A stretch of 64,000 bases of DNA from a virus (lineage: Duplodnaviria; Caudoviricetes). Of the stretch, positions 29,567-39,614 are shown piece after piece. Position 1 is the stretch's first letter. The number at the start of each line of letters is the position of its first letter. A program made the translations under genes and the position numbers. The notes beneath the pieces were generated by a model. The model was given only the letters and a program-made list of their open reading frames with translations, searched no databases and had not been told where the DNA came from. Where the stretch lies: positions 147,230 through 211,229 of IMG/VR virus record IMGVR_UViG_3300005077_000489, one strand, 5' to 3'.

Positions 29567-31515
29567 AAATAGTTGCTACCCAAGAAGGTATAGAAATAAA
29601 CGGTGTATTTCTAAGTAATACATGGGAGATACAAACTTTTATTAATGCACATGCCCCTAGTGATTTGCAGGTTGGTATTGGAGCAGTAAACCCTATTGAC
29701 TTACATGTGTTTTTCCGTGGTGTTTACTCATTTCCACTCCACGATTTATATGTAGATTTGGGTATTATTAGTCCTAAAGATTTGGAAGTAAACCTAGGTA
29801 TAAACTTACCCATGACCCTTGCGGCAGTAATTGACAGCCACTTGCCAAGGGATTTATTAATTAGTACGTACGCGGTGGCTCCACATGATTTATATGTAGA
29901 ATTCTGGATTGCACACCACCATTATCTTGAATCCTTTATTAATTCTCACTCACCTGTAGATTTGCCTATAAACTTTGGGATATTTAATATTTTAGCCTTG
30001 TCCGGTTACATTGGTGCTCATCCGCCGATGGATTTAGCGACGCTCTTACGTGTTGTGAAGACCGGGAACAGAGCACTCACTATTTATTTAGCTGCTAATA
30101 AAACTGGAATGTTAGATTTGACTTTAGATATGTATATTTGGGGGATGAGGCAGTTGGATGTGAATCTAGGCGGGCATCTACCAGAAGATTTAGATGTGGA
30201 TGTATGGGTTTGGGGGTATCACGATTTACCTGCGTTAATAGAAACTGCATATCCGAGCACTTTAGCAGTAGATATTATTCCTACACCAGAAGAGGGAGTT
30301 GATTTAAGGGTTCTTCATAGTGCCTCGCATACATCTTACTTTTCTGTTGTATTTGATACGTGGACTACATGGAAAGAATTAGCTGTTAATTTACTAGGTT
30401 TATATTCATACAATCTCGACGTTAATTTTACAATGGGCGGTTACTTACCATTGTATATTGATGTTCCTATGACCACAGGATACAAAAATTTATTTGTAAC
30501 ATTAAAACCTTCTTCTAGAGTACAAACCACATTCATACCTATTTATACTATGGAAATAAGAGACTTAATAATATCAATCAACCAAGGGTGGCCTTGTGGG
30601 TTCGGCTCATCATACAGATTATTAGAAGTTTATTGTAATCCTTCTTATTTCCTTAACTTCTCTGTCCCTTTCAAGGTCATACACGGGAGTGGTAACCCAG
30701 TCTTAGGTACATATATAAACAAACCTTATTTTGATACTTACATCAGGACTTATGCTTTGGAGTTTTGGTTACCCGAGGATATTGTTTATCCTGATACTTT
30801 TATATCTGATGAAGTTGGTATAGTGTACGATAATGAGTTTGACGAAATAACTCAAGAAATTATAACTATTAATTTCTCTTGGCCACGTTTCAGAAGATCA
30901 ACAGGTAATCTTAATTTTTCAGTTTATGTAACCCCTTATAAACAAGACAAGTGGTATTCATTAAATGTTATGCTTAGGGCAGTAAAACCAGATTTACCAA
31001 TTATGCCACAATCGCAACCCTTAGTGCAACGAGACGGATATGCGGAGCCTGTCTGGCCACATGTGTTCCAAGTAAAAGAAATAGAACTCTGGTCAGAAGA
31101 TTCATCGGAGATAGTGAGGGTGATAGAGTTAATGTTTGGTGAGCAAGTACGTAAATATTACTGGTTGTCCAGAACACAAACAGCATATGCTGCAGATGTC
31201 TTTGAGAGATGGACCCTGCTTGCCAGTGGTTATTTACCACACGCTGAATATAGTGGTCAGATAGATTATGTTACAATGCGAGAAATTAGTGACATGAAAA
31301 GATATAGCACAGTTGATGCTGCTGTGAAGGCTCTTCTATCTAATTTTCTTTACAGCGACCTGAAAAATCTAGAAGTTTCATTAATAGCCTCGGGAGGATA
31401 CCACCTACTAAATATATATATGGACATATGGGGTAGAAACAGATTTAATAATCTATCAGTTAAAATAGAACCTATGCATCCATGTGACCTTGAAGTCTCG
31501 ATAACTTGTGTGTAA
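29563..31515 (+). CDS. Putative virion protein with ~11-12 aa 'DL' beta-strand repeats
   Basis: Start moved to GTG 29563 (GTGA overlap with upstream stop, SD GGAGG at 29551). The N-terminal ~300 aa are repeats such as HAPSDLQVGIG / VNPIDLHVFFR / ISPKDLEVNLG / HLPEDLDVDVW. Confidence 0.55.
   Translation: MKIVATQEGIEINGVFLSNTWEIQTFINAHAPSDLQVGIGAVNPIDLHVFFRGVYSFPLHDLYVDLGIISPKDLEVNLGINLPMTLAAVIDSHLPRDLLISTYAVAPHDLYVEFWIAHHHYLESFINSHSPVDLPINFGIFNILALSGYIGAHPPMDLATLLRVVKTGNRALTIYLAANKTGMLDLTLDMYIWGMRQLDVNLGGHLPEDLDVDVWVWGYHDLPALIETAYPSTLAVDIIPTPEEGVDLRVLHSASHTSYFSVVFDTWTTWKELAVNLLGLYSYNLDVNFTMGGYLPLYIDVPMTTGYKNLFVTLKPSSRVQTTFIPIYTMEIRDLIISINQGWPCGFGSSYRLLEVYCNPSYFLNFSVPFKVIHGSGNPVLGTYINKPYFDTYIRTYALEFWLPEDIVYPDTFISDEVGIVYDNEFDEITQEIITINFSWPRFRRSTGNLNFSVYVTPYKQDKWYSLNVMLRAVKPDLPIMPQSQPLVQRDGYAEPVWPHVFQVKEIELWSEDSSEIVRVIELMFGEQVRKYYWLSRTQTAYAADVFERWTLLASGYLPHAEYSGQIDYVTMREISDMKRYSTVDAAVKALLSNFLYSDLKNLEVSLIASGGYHLLNIYMDIWGRNRFNNLSVKIEPMHPCDLEVSITCV
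29641..30510 (+). repeat. Degenerate protein-level tandem repeat (~11-12 aa, consensus x-x-P-x-D-L-x-V-x-[LIF]-G)
   Basis: Roughly 20+ imperfect units visible in the translation; the DNA is degenerate. Confidence 0.7.
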
Positions 31516-31568
31516 ATTTTTTTTACTTTAAATTCTGGTAGTTTATAAATTTTTGGCAAAAAAACTGC

Positions 31569-31603
31569 TAGTAGAGATCGATTTGTGTACTATATTAATT
31601 ATA
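31569..31603 (+). promoter_or_regulatory. Phage promoter/operator motif, copy A
   Basis: TAGTAGAGATCGATTTGTGTACTATAT is 25/27 identical to 55741-55767. Confidence 0.55.
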
Positions 31604-31714
31604 AGAAACTTGAAAAAAATATATATTATATATATGTACATATAAGAAGAATATGGGGAGAGAGGGGAGGGAGTGTAACGACCGAGGCTCTCATCACAGT
31701 TTAAGAAAATTATA

Positions 31715-31750
31715 GAGTAGAGTTGAAAGTGTGTACTATATACTATATAG
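31715..31750 (+). promoter_or_regulatory. Phage promoter/operator motif, copy C (TAGAGT-N17-TACTAT) upstream of dnaN
   Basis: GAGTAGAGTTGAAAGTGTGTACTATATACTATATAG is 31/36 identical to 55741-55776, with sigma70-like 17-bp spacing. Confidence 0.6.
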
Positions 31751-31788
31751 TGGGTGTAAAAATGTTTTTTTATATAAGAGGTTAATAT

Positions 31789-32967
31789 ATGCACGTTGTA
31801 GTTCCTACCTTTGATTTTATTAGAATGCTGAACAATCTTAAGCCATTAAAAACCCTAGTAACCACAGGATTTGAGTTTGCGGTGTACACACTGGAGACAC
31901 AAGGTTCTGATAAATTGAAACTCATTGTTGGTGATGGTACGAATTTAATGGCTTCTACAGAGATATTTGCAGACGTAAAAAAGGAAGGCAAGTTAAGTGT
32001 TAATGGTAATGATTTCTTGCAACTCATGTCTAAAATTCATCCGGATGCAAGAGGAGCAGGTTCCAAAGAGATAGAGTTAAAAACTACTAGTACTAAGCTA
32101 CATGTAAAGACTTATACTAATTATGTGGGTGCTAAAAAGGCTGTAGAAAATAAAAGAGAATTTAGTTTGCTAACTAAAGACTTAGTAGCAAAAGAGACCT
32201 TGCAAAAGACTGAATATGAATTTAAAATAAAGGCTGTATTCATGTCTGAAATTTTTAAAGTTTTAAGTAGAATGGTATCTGCTTATACATCTGACATAGC
32301 CGGATTATCAGGTGTTTTGTTAAGGGTCAAAGATAAGATGCTGCGTTTCGTGGTGTCCGATGGCAAACGAATACTAGAGGTATTTTTTCCAGAAGCCGTC
32401 AATTGTAATGATGTAGATGTGATACTTCCTAAAATTACTTGTCTATTATTGCAAACTTTATTGATGGAGGGTGATACGTTAAAAATATCTTATGACGGTA
32501 ACCGCCAAATTAAATTTGAGATAGATACGCAAGGATTAAAGACAGTAGTCATGTCAGGAATAATAGTTGCTTATTTTCCCCCTTACGAGAGTATATTTAA
32601 TAACACAGGTGAAGTCTTAACTATGGACGTATCTATTTTGACGGATAATATTACTAATATCCGTAGAGCAATAGATGACGAAGCATTTCGTATACATATA
32701 AAGTTTGACGGGGATACCTTAGCATTAGGTAACTACAATTATTCTGACGGTCACATAAATTTTTCTAATAGTAATATCCCAGTCGTTTCTTCTTCATCAA
32801 GCGGTTTTGAAGTATTACTAAATGCCTTTTTATTAGAAAGTCTTATTTCTCTAATACCTGCAGAAAGTATAACACTTATAATACCGGAAAATCAACCTAT
32901 TATCTTGGATAATTGTGATAATTCTTTGAGAGTAAGAGCTGCCTTGGCACGTGCCATAGCAGACTAG
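31789..32967 (+). CDS. dnaN: DNA polymerase III beta subunit (sliding clamp)
   Basis: 392 aa. LSGVLL...LRFVVSDGKRI, VILPK, FPPYESIF and LNAFLLESL match beta-clamp motifs (atDG.RL, iiP.k, fPdy..vi, fN..yl.d.l). Confidence 0.8.
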   Translation: MHVVVPTFDFIRMLNNLKPLKTLVTTGFEFAVYTLETQGSDKLKLIVGDGTNLMASTEIFADVKKEGKLSVNGNDFLQLMSKIHPDARGAGSKEIELKTTSTKLHVKTYTNYVGAKKAVENKREFSLLTKDLVAKETLQKTEYEFKIKAVFMSEIFKVLSRMVSAYTSDIAGLSGVLLRVKDKMLRFVVSDGKRILEVFFPEAVNCNDVDVILPKITCLLLQTLLMEGDTLKISYDGNRQIKFEIDTQGLKTVVMSGIIVAYFPPYESIFNNTGEVLTMDVSILTDNITNIRRAIDDEAFRIHIKFDGDTLALGNYNYSDGHINFSNSNIPVVSSSSSGFEVLLNAFLLESLISLIPAESITLIIPENQPIILDNCDNSLRVRAALARAIAD

Positions 32968-32979
32968 TGAGGAGGCTAA

Positions 32980-33666
32980 ATGGCACGACCAAAGAAACCC
33001 ACTAAAGATGCCGGGTTGTTTAGTGGTGAGGATTTTGAGAAAAAATGTATTTCGTATTTGCATGAGAATGGTTATGCTATATTCAAGGCAGACGATATAC
33101 ATAATATTGATGAGGCTGAGTGTGTGCGTAAACTGAGAATGGTGGGGTATCGCGTAGAACATATTCGAGATTCTTTGGTAAAGGTGGATACGGAAAAGAT
33201 AATATCTGCTGATGACATTGTATTATACTTTTATGAGTTTTTAAAAAGATATAATCGTTCTTGGTTCGACCCGGATAAGTTGAGTAACAAAGAGCACCGT
33301 AAGATAGATTGTAGTGTCGTTAATTCTTATCTTAGATGGCGAGTAGACTCCGGAGATATCGCTTTGAATGATGCTATGAAGGAGTTATTTCTACTGATAG
33401 ATACTTTGTTTGAAAAAGCGAATGAATGGGGAATAGAAGTCAGGGGGATAGGGATACTAAGCATCAATACTAATAAATCTTTTGTGATGTCCTTACTAAG
33501 GGAAGCCAATCTTAAAAAAGATAATACGTTAGAATACGAGGTAGAGGTATTGATAAATGAACCCGATAAAGTTACCTATTTAAATCTGCTAGATAAAGCC
33601 AAAAAAGAAATGAGAGCAGCCACGAGACCTATAAAAACAAGACGTAAAAAAATATCATTGAGGTAG
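32980..33666 (+). CDS. Hypothetical protein (replication operon)
   Basis: 228 aa, SD GAGGAGG, basic termini; no family recognised. Confidence 0.65.
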   Translation: MARPKKPTKDAGLFSGEDFEKKCISYLHENGYAIFKADDIHNIDEAECVRKLRMVGYRVEHIRDSLVKVDTEKIISADDIVLYFYEFLKRYNRSWFDPDKLSNKEHRKIDCSVVNSYLRWRVDSGDIALNDAMKELFLLIDTLFEKANEWGIEVRGIGILSINTNKSFVMSLLREANLKKDNTLEYEVEVLINEPDKVTYLNLLDKAKKEMRAATRPIKTRRKKISLR

Positions 33667-33674
33667 TCAACTAG

Positions 33675-34895
33675 ATGTCTAAAAAAGAAAAAGATAAAGA
33701 AAAAAATAAGAAAGAGCCAGAGAAGAAAGAAAAGATTAAAAAGGCAAAAGAAGAACCTACAGATGTAATCTCAATAGACCCAAAGAAAGCATTTAAATTA
33801 GTCTCAGACCAAGTGGACAAAGATTTTAATAATGCTTTTCATGCATGGGCTTATGAGGAAGAAAAAATTATCCAGAGACGTTTTAGTAGCGGATCAATAG
33901 GTGCTGATGTCGCACTAGGTGGTTATGGGTTACCACATGGTAGAATTATTGAACTATGGGGTCCATCACAAAGCGGTAAAACTAGCCTAGCCTTAGATAT
34001 TGCATGGCACCTTCAGAAACAAACAGGTCTAGCTGTAGTCTTTTTTGATTTGGAGCATAAGTTTGATAAGACTTTATTTTGGCGTTGGCGTGGCGAAGGC
34101 TTCGATAGAGAAATGACAAAATATGAGGAACCCTTCACCGGGGAGGATTTTTTCTCCATGCTGTCCCGCTACGTGGAGAGTGAGGCTACCGGCATCATTA
34201 TAGTAGACAGCGTCAGCGGAATAAAATCTGCGGCAAAACTAGAGAGTGATGACCAGACTACACACTACGGGGCACAGGCTAATTTAATAGCTCAGTACTT
34301 ACCCAAGATTTCCGGTTCAGCAGCTAGAACCGGAGTTCCCATGATTTTTATTAATCAAGTCAGGGCTAATATGGAAGCTCATAGGATGGCTAAGAAAAAG
34401 ATTAAGATATTAAGGAAGGGTGGAGGCTTTGCTTTTGACCATTGGATTGCTATTTCTTTATTTGTTGATAGAAGCACTATTATAACCGATGGAACTCGTG
34501 ACTTAGGTCATTGGTCTGTAGTCCATGTATATAAAAATAATTCTGGTGATACATTATTTAAATCATTTAAGTCTAAATTATATTATGGGTGGGGATATGA
34601 TACATCGGCTGAGCTGGCAGCACATGCTATTGGTTTGGGTATCTTTCCTAAGACCTCTGAAAAAGGACATCATTATATAATTGATGGTAATACGTTGAAT
34701 GGCGAGGAAGCCGTAGCCGAGTTTTTGAAAGGACGTCCCGATTTATGCCCAGGAATTATAGAAGATATAAGAGCCATGCATCTATCGGGAAGAAAGGACA
34801 CGGTTGATAAGTACATATCTCAATTATCTTGGGAGTCAACAGGTAACGAAGGAATTCTTATCATGGATGAGGAAGAGGACTATTCTGATGAGTGA
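33675..34895 (+). CDS. recA: RecA/UvsX recombinase
   Basis: SSGSIGADVALGGYGLPHGRIIELWGPSQSGKTSLAL (Walker A), IIIVDSV (Walker B), IFINQVR, GGFA. Confidence 0.92.
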   Translation: MSKKEKDKEKNKKEPEKKEKIKKAKEEPTDVISIDPKKAFKLVSDQVDKDFNNAFHAWAYEEEKIIQRRFSSGSIGADVALGGYGLPHGRIIELWGPSQSGKTSLALDIAWHLQKQTGLAVVFFDLEHKFDKTLFWRWRGEGFDREMTKYEEPFTGEDFFSMLSRYVESEATGIIIVDSVSGIKSAAKLESDDQTTHYGAQANLIAQYLPKISGSAARTGVPMIFINQVRANMEAHRMAKKKIKILRKGGGFAFDHWIAISLFVDRSTIITDGTRDLGHWSVVHVYKNNSGDTLFKSFKSKLYYGWGYDTSAELAAHAIGLGIFPKTSEKGHHYIIDGNTLNGEEAVAEFLKGRPDLCPGIIEDIRAMHLSGRKDTVDKYISQLSWESTGNEGILIMDEEEDYSDE

Positions 34896-35235
34896 TTTGG
34901 AAGATAAGATAAAGGAATTATTGAAAGCAGCCTTTCCTAGGGCAACCATTAAAGAACAGTATTTCGTTAAGTATAATGGTGCCTCTCTAATTTTTGATTT
35001 TTATATTCCTTCTGTTGGTGTTCTAGTAGAATGTCAAGGAGCACAACATTATAAATTCGTTGCCCACTTCCATGGTACAAAAGATGAGTATGAATCTGCA
35101 TTAAGAAGGGATAAGTTAAAACAGGAATATGCTCTGAAGAATAAAATGTTTTTATTGGAAATTCCGTATAATAAACTACCGGCTAATCATGTCGATTTGT
35201 TTAATCAAATTTATGAGGGAGTGAATAATGCCTGA
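34888..35235 (+). CDS. PD-(D/E)xK / DUF559-like endonuclease
   Basis: Start moved to ATG 34888 (SD GAGG). IFDFYIPSVGVLVECQGAQHY...RDKLKQEYA...LLEIPY. Confidence 0.7.
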   Translation: MSDLEDKIKELLKAAFPRATIKEQYFVKYNGASLIFDFYIPSVGVLVECQGAQHYKFVAHFHGTKDEYESALRRDKLKQEYALKNKMFLLEIPYNKLPANHVDLFNQIYEGVNNA

Positions 35236-35689
35236 AGAATCTCCACTTCGGTTTCCTGACAGTTTATTGGAAAATTATGCTGATGTAGATAATTTAGTGA
35301 TGGAAAGTTTTAGTGATAAAACCATATCTAATTTACCATATGAAGATGAAAGAGATATCCGGAGGATGATGGCGGCTTTGTCTAGATTTTTAGGACATCT
35401 ACAATTTACATTGAACCTCCATAAAGCCGCGGTGGTTAGACTAAAAAGGCAATTTGAAGGACTAAAGAATAAGACTGCCGCTACTTTAGATGGGATAACT
35501 GACCGGACATCATCTAATGTATTATTAACCAAGGTATATAAAAAAGAACCTAAACTAGAAAAGATACAAGAGCAGTTGGCAATAGAAGAATCGTGGGTAG
35601 AATATTATAATGGGTTACCAGATAGAATTTCTGAGCATATACAAGTATTCAAATATGAGTTACGTAGACGAGAGGACGGGAGGCAATAA
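35228..35689 (+). CDS. Putative UvsY-like recombination mediator (helical)
   Basis: 153 aa, predicted long helices, positioned between recA and the helicase; sequence match not certain. Confidence 0.4.
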   Translation: MPEESPLRFPDSLLENYADVDNLVMESFSDKTISNLPYEDERDIRRMMAALSRFLGHLQFTLNLHKAAVVRLKRQFEGLKNKTAATLDGITDRTSSNVLLTKVYKKEPKLEKIQEQLAIEESWVEYYNGLPDRISEHIQVFKYELRRREDGRQ

Positions 35690-35691
35690 TA

Positions 35692-37137
35692 GTGCAAAAC
35701 ACATTCGAGCATAAACACACTGAAAGAGCCCTATTAGCATGCATTCTACAGAAACCGGACCTCCTTATAGAGTTGGATAATACTTTTGGTTTAGATGCAT
35801 TCAAGTCTCCTATTAATAAGACTATTCTAGAAGAGGCTCTAAGATTATATGAAATGGGCTATTCTAGATTGGATAACGAATTGATATTTAATGCCGTGTT
35901 TATGCGCGGGTTGCCGGATTTAACCAATGAACAAATTGTCAGTTATATAAATTCATTATTACAGGCAAACGTACATGAAGTTAATTTCCATTCTTACCTA
36001 AATGATTTGTTCGATGTACACATGAAAGACCGATTGAATACAATTCTTACTTCTAATACAGGAAGATTGTATACAGAACGTGAAAAAACCCCCGCATTAG
36101 AATTGATCGGATCTGTTCAGAATCAATTATATACTATAGACAATAGGATTGGTACAGAGGACGTAGTAGATGTATTTGCTAGTATGCGTGATACTGTCTT
36201 AGAACGTAGGGAAAATCCGGAACAATTCAGGGGTATAAGTACCGGTTTTCCATTATTAGATCAGATTATTTTGGGGTGGTTAAAAACTAAATTCTACTTT
36301 GTTTCTGCCCGACCTTCAGTAGGTAAATCCACGCTGTTAATGCAGTGGGCTATAAAAGGATTGTTATATTCTAAACAAGATGTACGCGTGTTATATTTGG
36401 ATACCGAAATAGGAGGATCTGAGTTTACTATACGAACCGCTGCCCATATATCCGCTGTTAATGGATTAAAATTACTCGCTGGTGAACAATTAGATGAAAA
36501 GTCCATGGATGTGTTGAATAGGTCCTTCGATTTTGTAGAGCAATATAAAGATGTTTTTCACCACAAATATATACCAGGCTTTAAACGGAGTCAGGTAATA
36601 AATCTTATTAAAAAATATGTATATAATCATGGAGTTAATTTAGTTGTGTTGGATTATATCAAAGAACCGGAGGGCGGTGAGGAAAACAGAGCCGGGTGGC
36701 AAGTAGTAGGAGATTTAGCCAGGAATTTTAAAGATACGATGGGCGAATTAGATATTACTGGGTTGTCTGCCCTCCAACAAAACAGAAAAGGTGAGGGGAA
36801 AAGTAGGGTAGAGGGTGAAGCCTTTGCAGAATCCGATAGAGTTTTACAGTATTCAGATGTGGCATTCATGTTGAATCGGAAGTCTGGTAAAGAAGTGAAG
36901 GAAGAAGGGATAGAGGCGGGTACCCATAGATTACAATTACACAAAGCGAGATATACTAAAAGATTATACAATGGTATTAATCTGCGGTTTTACGGGCATT
37001 GCTTCAGATTTGAAGAAGCAGCATTACAACAAACGATAGGGAATACAGAGGATGCAGAGCCAGTTACAATTGAAGAAGAGACCCCACTCCCCAAGGCGAC
37101 ATATGGAGCAATCGAACCACTCTTTAAAATTGGATAG
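35692..37137 (+). CDS. dnaB: Replicative DNA helicase (DnaB family)
   Basis: GTG start. ERALLACIL N-domain; GISTGFPLLD; ARPSVGKS (Walker A); VVLDY (Walker B); LQQNR. Confidence 0.9.
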   Translation: MQNTFEHKHTERALLACILQKPDLLIELDNTFGLDAFKSPINKTILEEALRLYEMGYSRLDNELIFNAVFMRGLPDLTNEQIVSYINSLLQANVHEVNFHSYLNDLFDVHMKDRLNTILTSNTGRLYTEREKTPALELIGSVQNQLYTIDNRIGTEDVVDVFASMRDTVLERRENPEQFRGISTGFPLLDQIILGWLKTKFYFVSARPSVGKSTLLMQWAIKGLLYSKQDVRVLYLDTEIGGSEFTIRTAAHISAVNGLKLLAGEQLDEKSMDVLNRSFDFVEQYKDVFHHKYIPGFKRSQVINLIKKYVYNHGVNLVVLDYIKEPEGGEENRAGWQVVGDLARNFKDTMGELDITGLSALQQNRKGEGKSRVEGEAFAESDRVLQYSDVAFMLNRKSGKEVKEEGIEAGTHRLQLHKARYTKRLYNGINLRFYGHCFRFEEAALQQTIGNTEDAEPVTIEEETPLPKATYGAIEPLFKIG

Positions 37138-38164
37138 AGGTATTATAGAATACATCAAACAAGTAGTAGACCCGGAATTGATTGCTTCTAGTCTGGGTAT
37201 CTCTGGGGATAGACGTTATGGTAATACTATACGTACCACATGTCCGTTTCATGCAAGTGAGAACAAGACTACTTTTTCATTAAATTTAGATACCGGAAAT
37301 TGGTCATGTTTTTCTAATGGTTGCCACCATGGTTATAGTGATATAATAGGGTTGGTACAATTATCTAAGGGTATAAATTTTGTTGAGTCCATAAAATATA
37401 TAGCGGCATTAGCCGGTATAGATTTAACTAGTGATTATACAGAGCAGGCAGAGTCAGCTCTTAGACGAAAAGATGTTACTGATTTTATTAGGCGTGTTAA
37501 AAAATCTAAAGTAGAGATGGATTTGTGTACTATATCTAATATAGAGGAAGAAATTTTTAAATGGGTACAAAATAGAACCAGTTACTTTTATGATAGAGGC
37601 TACCGTTATGATATACAAGATTATTTTGAAATAGGTGCTAATGTAGATAGATACGGAGTACCACGAGCCTGCTTCCCTATAAGGGATGAGAACGGAAAGG
37701 TTGTTGCGTGGGATGGACGGCGGCTAGATGGGGATGAAGAACCTAGATATTTTGTGCAACCAGAAGGATTTGTGAAGGGTAAAGTATTTTACCATTATCA
37801 TAAGGCAAAACATTATGTAAGAGTTTTTGATGGTATATTATTTGTAGTAGAGGGTTACAAAGCTTGTTGGTCTATGTTCCAAGCAGGTTACATTAATACG
37901 GTTGCTTGTATGGGAGCAGGATTCCAAGGGGACCAAAAGAATATTTTGTTGAGGGATTTACATATTAGAGAAGTAGTGCTCTGTTTAGACGGGGATATTG
38001 CAGGGAAAAATGGAACCGCCAGAGCACAGAGGGAACTTGGTCATTTGCTTAACTTATCTGTAGTAGAAATGCCGGATGAGCAAGACCCCAGTACCTTGGA
38101 CTTAAAAACATTACACACACTTATATTAAACAGAAAGGGAGTTAATCATGGAAACGCTACATAA
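37052..38164 (+). CDS. dnaG: DNA primase (CHC2 zinc finger + Toprim); true start uncertain (37103 or 37130 likely)
   Basis: CPFH...FSLNLDTGNWSCFSNGC zinc finger; FPIRDENGKVVAWDGR; VVEGY; LCLDGDIAG; DPS. Confidence 0.88.
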   Translation: MQSQLQLKKRPHSPRRHMEQSNHSLKLDRGIIEYIKQVVDPELIASSLGISGDRRYGNTIRTTCPFHASENKTTFSLNLDTGNWSCFSNGCHHGYSDIIGLVQLSKGINFVESIKYIAALAGIDLTSDYTEQAESALRRKDVTDFIRRVKKSKVEMDLCTISNIEEEIFKWVQNRTSYFYDRGYRYDIQDYFEIGANVDRYGVPRACFPIRDENGKVVAWDGRRLDGDEEPRYFVQPEGFVKGKVFYHYHKAKHYVRVFDGILFVVEGYKACWSMFQAGYINTVACMGAGFQGDQKNILLRDLHIREVVLCLDGDIAGKNGTARAQRELGHLLNLSVVEMPDEQDPSTLDLKTLHTLILNRKGVNHGNAT

Positions 38165-38822
38165 TCCATATCAAAACGGGCAAACAACACCACCGAATCA
38201 AGAAGGACAGGGTCAATATAACCCTCAGCAAGGTCAACAGTATGTCCCCCAACAGAATACCGGACAGTATAACCCACAGCAAGGACAGCAATATGTACCA
38301 CAACCAGCATCTATGCCACAACCAGCACCGCAGCAACAGGCACCTGTGCCGCCTGCTCCACAACCGGGTCAACAGTGGTCGGGTCAACAGAGTGGTGCGT
38401 GGCCACAAGGGCAACCAGCACAGCAGTATACACGTGTAGAAAATACAAAGTTAGGTACTATTACAGGTCAAGCGTTACAAGGTTTGAATGTTATTACTAT
38501 AGATGGGTATTTGAACAATCCTAAGCTCACTACTACTGCAAATGGTTTTGTCCGACTTAATATGTTTATTGTGTGGGAACAACCACAGTTTGATAACGAA
38601 GGTAACAGACGTGTTGACCCAACCACGGGTAGATATGAAACGAGGGATATGAAATTTATGTGTCAGGCTTGGGGAAATATTGCTCAAGAATTAGGTAATT
38701 TACCTGTCGGTACACCGGTACAGATTACGGGTCAACTTAATGTTTGGAACGCTGAACGAAATAGAAATGCTCCTGCTAAGTGGGTTACCGACATAAAAAT
38801 AATTAGTTACAAACAATTATAA
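38148..38822 (+). CDS. ssb: Single-stranded DNA-binding protein (C-terminal OB fold) with N-terminal Q/P/G-rich low-complexity region
   Basis: LNVITIDGYL...PKLTTTANG...F.CQAWGNIAQEL..LPVGTPVQITGQLNV is a canonical SSB OB fold. The first ~90 aa are Q/P-rich. Confidence 0.75.
   Translation: METLHNPYQNGQTTPPNQEGQGQYNPQQGQQYVPQQNTGQYNPQQGQQYVPQPASMPQPAPQQQAPVPPAPQPGQQWSGQQSGAWPQGQPAQQYTRVENTKLGTITGQALQGLNVITIDGYLNNPKLTTTANGFVRLNMFIVWEQPQFDNEGNRRVDPTTGRYETRDMKFMCQAWGNIAQELGNLPVGTPVQITGQLNVWNAERNRNAPAKWVTDIKIISYKQL
38211..38303 (+). repeat. Two imperfect 42-bp direct repeats encoding GQYNPQQGQQYVPQ
   Basis: 38211-38252 and 38262-38303 give identical 14-aa peptides with synonymous differences. Confidence 0.85.
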
Positions 38823-38834
38823 GCCGGAGTTAAT

Positions 38835-39611
38835 ATGAATCCATACGAGATTTTAGGTGTAAGAAAAGATGCTAGTGCTGAAGAAATAAAAAAAGCATAT
38901 AGGAAATTAGCCCAAGAGACGCACCCCGATAGAAATCCTGATGATAAGGATTCTGAGGAAAGATTCAAGAAGATTTCTAGTGCTTATGATATACTTTCTA
39001 ATCCTGAAAAGAAAAGACAGTACGATAATCCTAGTTTTTTTAATGGTCCTTGGGGTTTTAGTTTTGAATCTTTTATTAGGCGACCGCCTGCCCCGCCGGT
39101 TCCCAGACACGGGACCCTCCGCGGGAATGATATTAATTTAGGTATAAATGTAAATCCTTTTCAATTAATACTGGGAGAACTTCTTACTATAAAGTACAAG
39201 AGACCGACGCGTTGTAATATATGTGATGGTCACGGAGCCGACATAGAGCATTGTCCTGCGTGTGAAGGTTATGGTTTTATAAGAGAAGTGAAGGAAGCCG
39301 GTTTCCAGAGGATGGTGAATGATTATGCTTGCGATTCTTGTTTATCTACGGGTATAAAAAAGACAAATGTTTGTAATAATTGTAAGGGTAGCGGCTTGAT
39401 TATTAGTGATACAGAAGTAAGTTTTAATTTAAATCAGGGAAATCATAAAGAAATAATCATACCGGAGTATGGGGGTCATGGTCCTATGCAGGGTCCCCCT
39501 GGTAATCTGGTTATTTCATTACAACTTGTCTTTCCTAGTGCCGACCAGATTAATGATAAGGCTAAGGAACATATTCGTAAGGCTATTGAACATATATATA
39601 ATAAGAGGTAA
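38835..39611 (+). CDS. dnaJ: DnaJ-like co-chaperone (J domain + Zn finger)
   Basis: NPYEILGV...[10 protein letters not shown]...HPDRN; [32 protein letters not shown]. Confidence 0.92.
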   Translation: MNPYEILGVRKDASAEEIKKAYRKLAQETHPDRNPDDKDSEERFKKISSAYDILSNPEKKRQYDNPSFFNGPWGFSFESFIRRPPAPPVPRHGTLRGNDINLGINVNPFQLILGELLTIKYKRPTRCNICDGHGADIEHCPACEGYGFIREVKEAGFQRMVNDYACDSCLSTGIKKTNVCNNCKGSGLIISDTEVSFNLNQGNHKEIIIPEYGGHGPMQGPPGNLVISLQLVFPSADQINDKAKEHIRKAIEHIYNKR

Positions 39612-39614
39612 TAT

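Noticed and set aside
31657-31675. G-quadruplex in the purine tract upstream of dnaN
   Set aside because: Only three G-runs of 3 or more are present; four are needed for an intramolecular G4.
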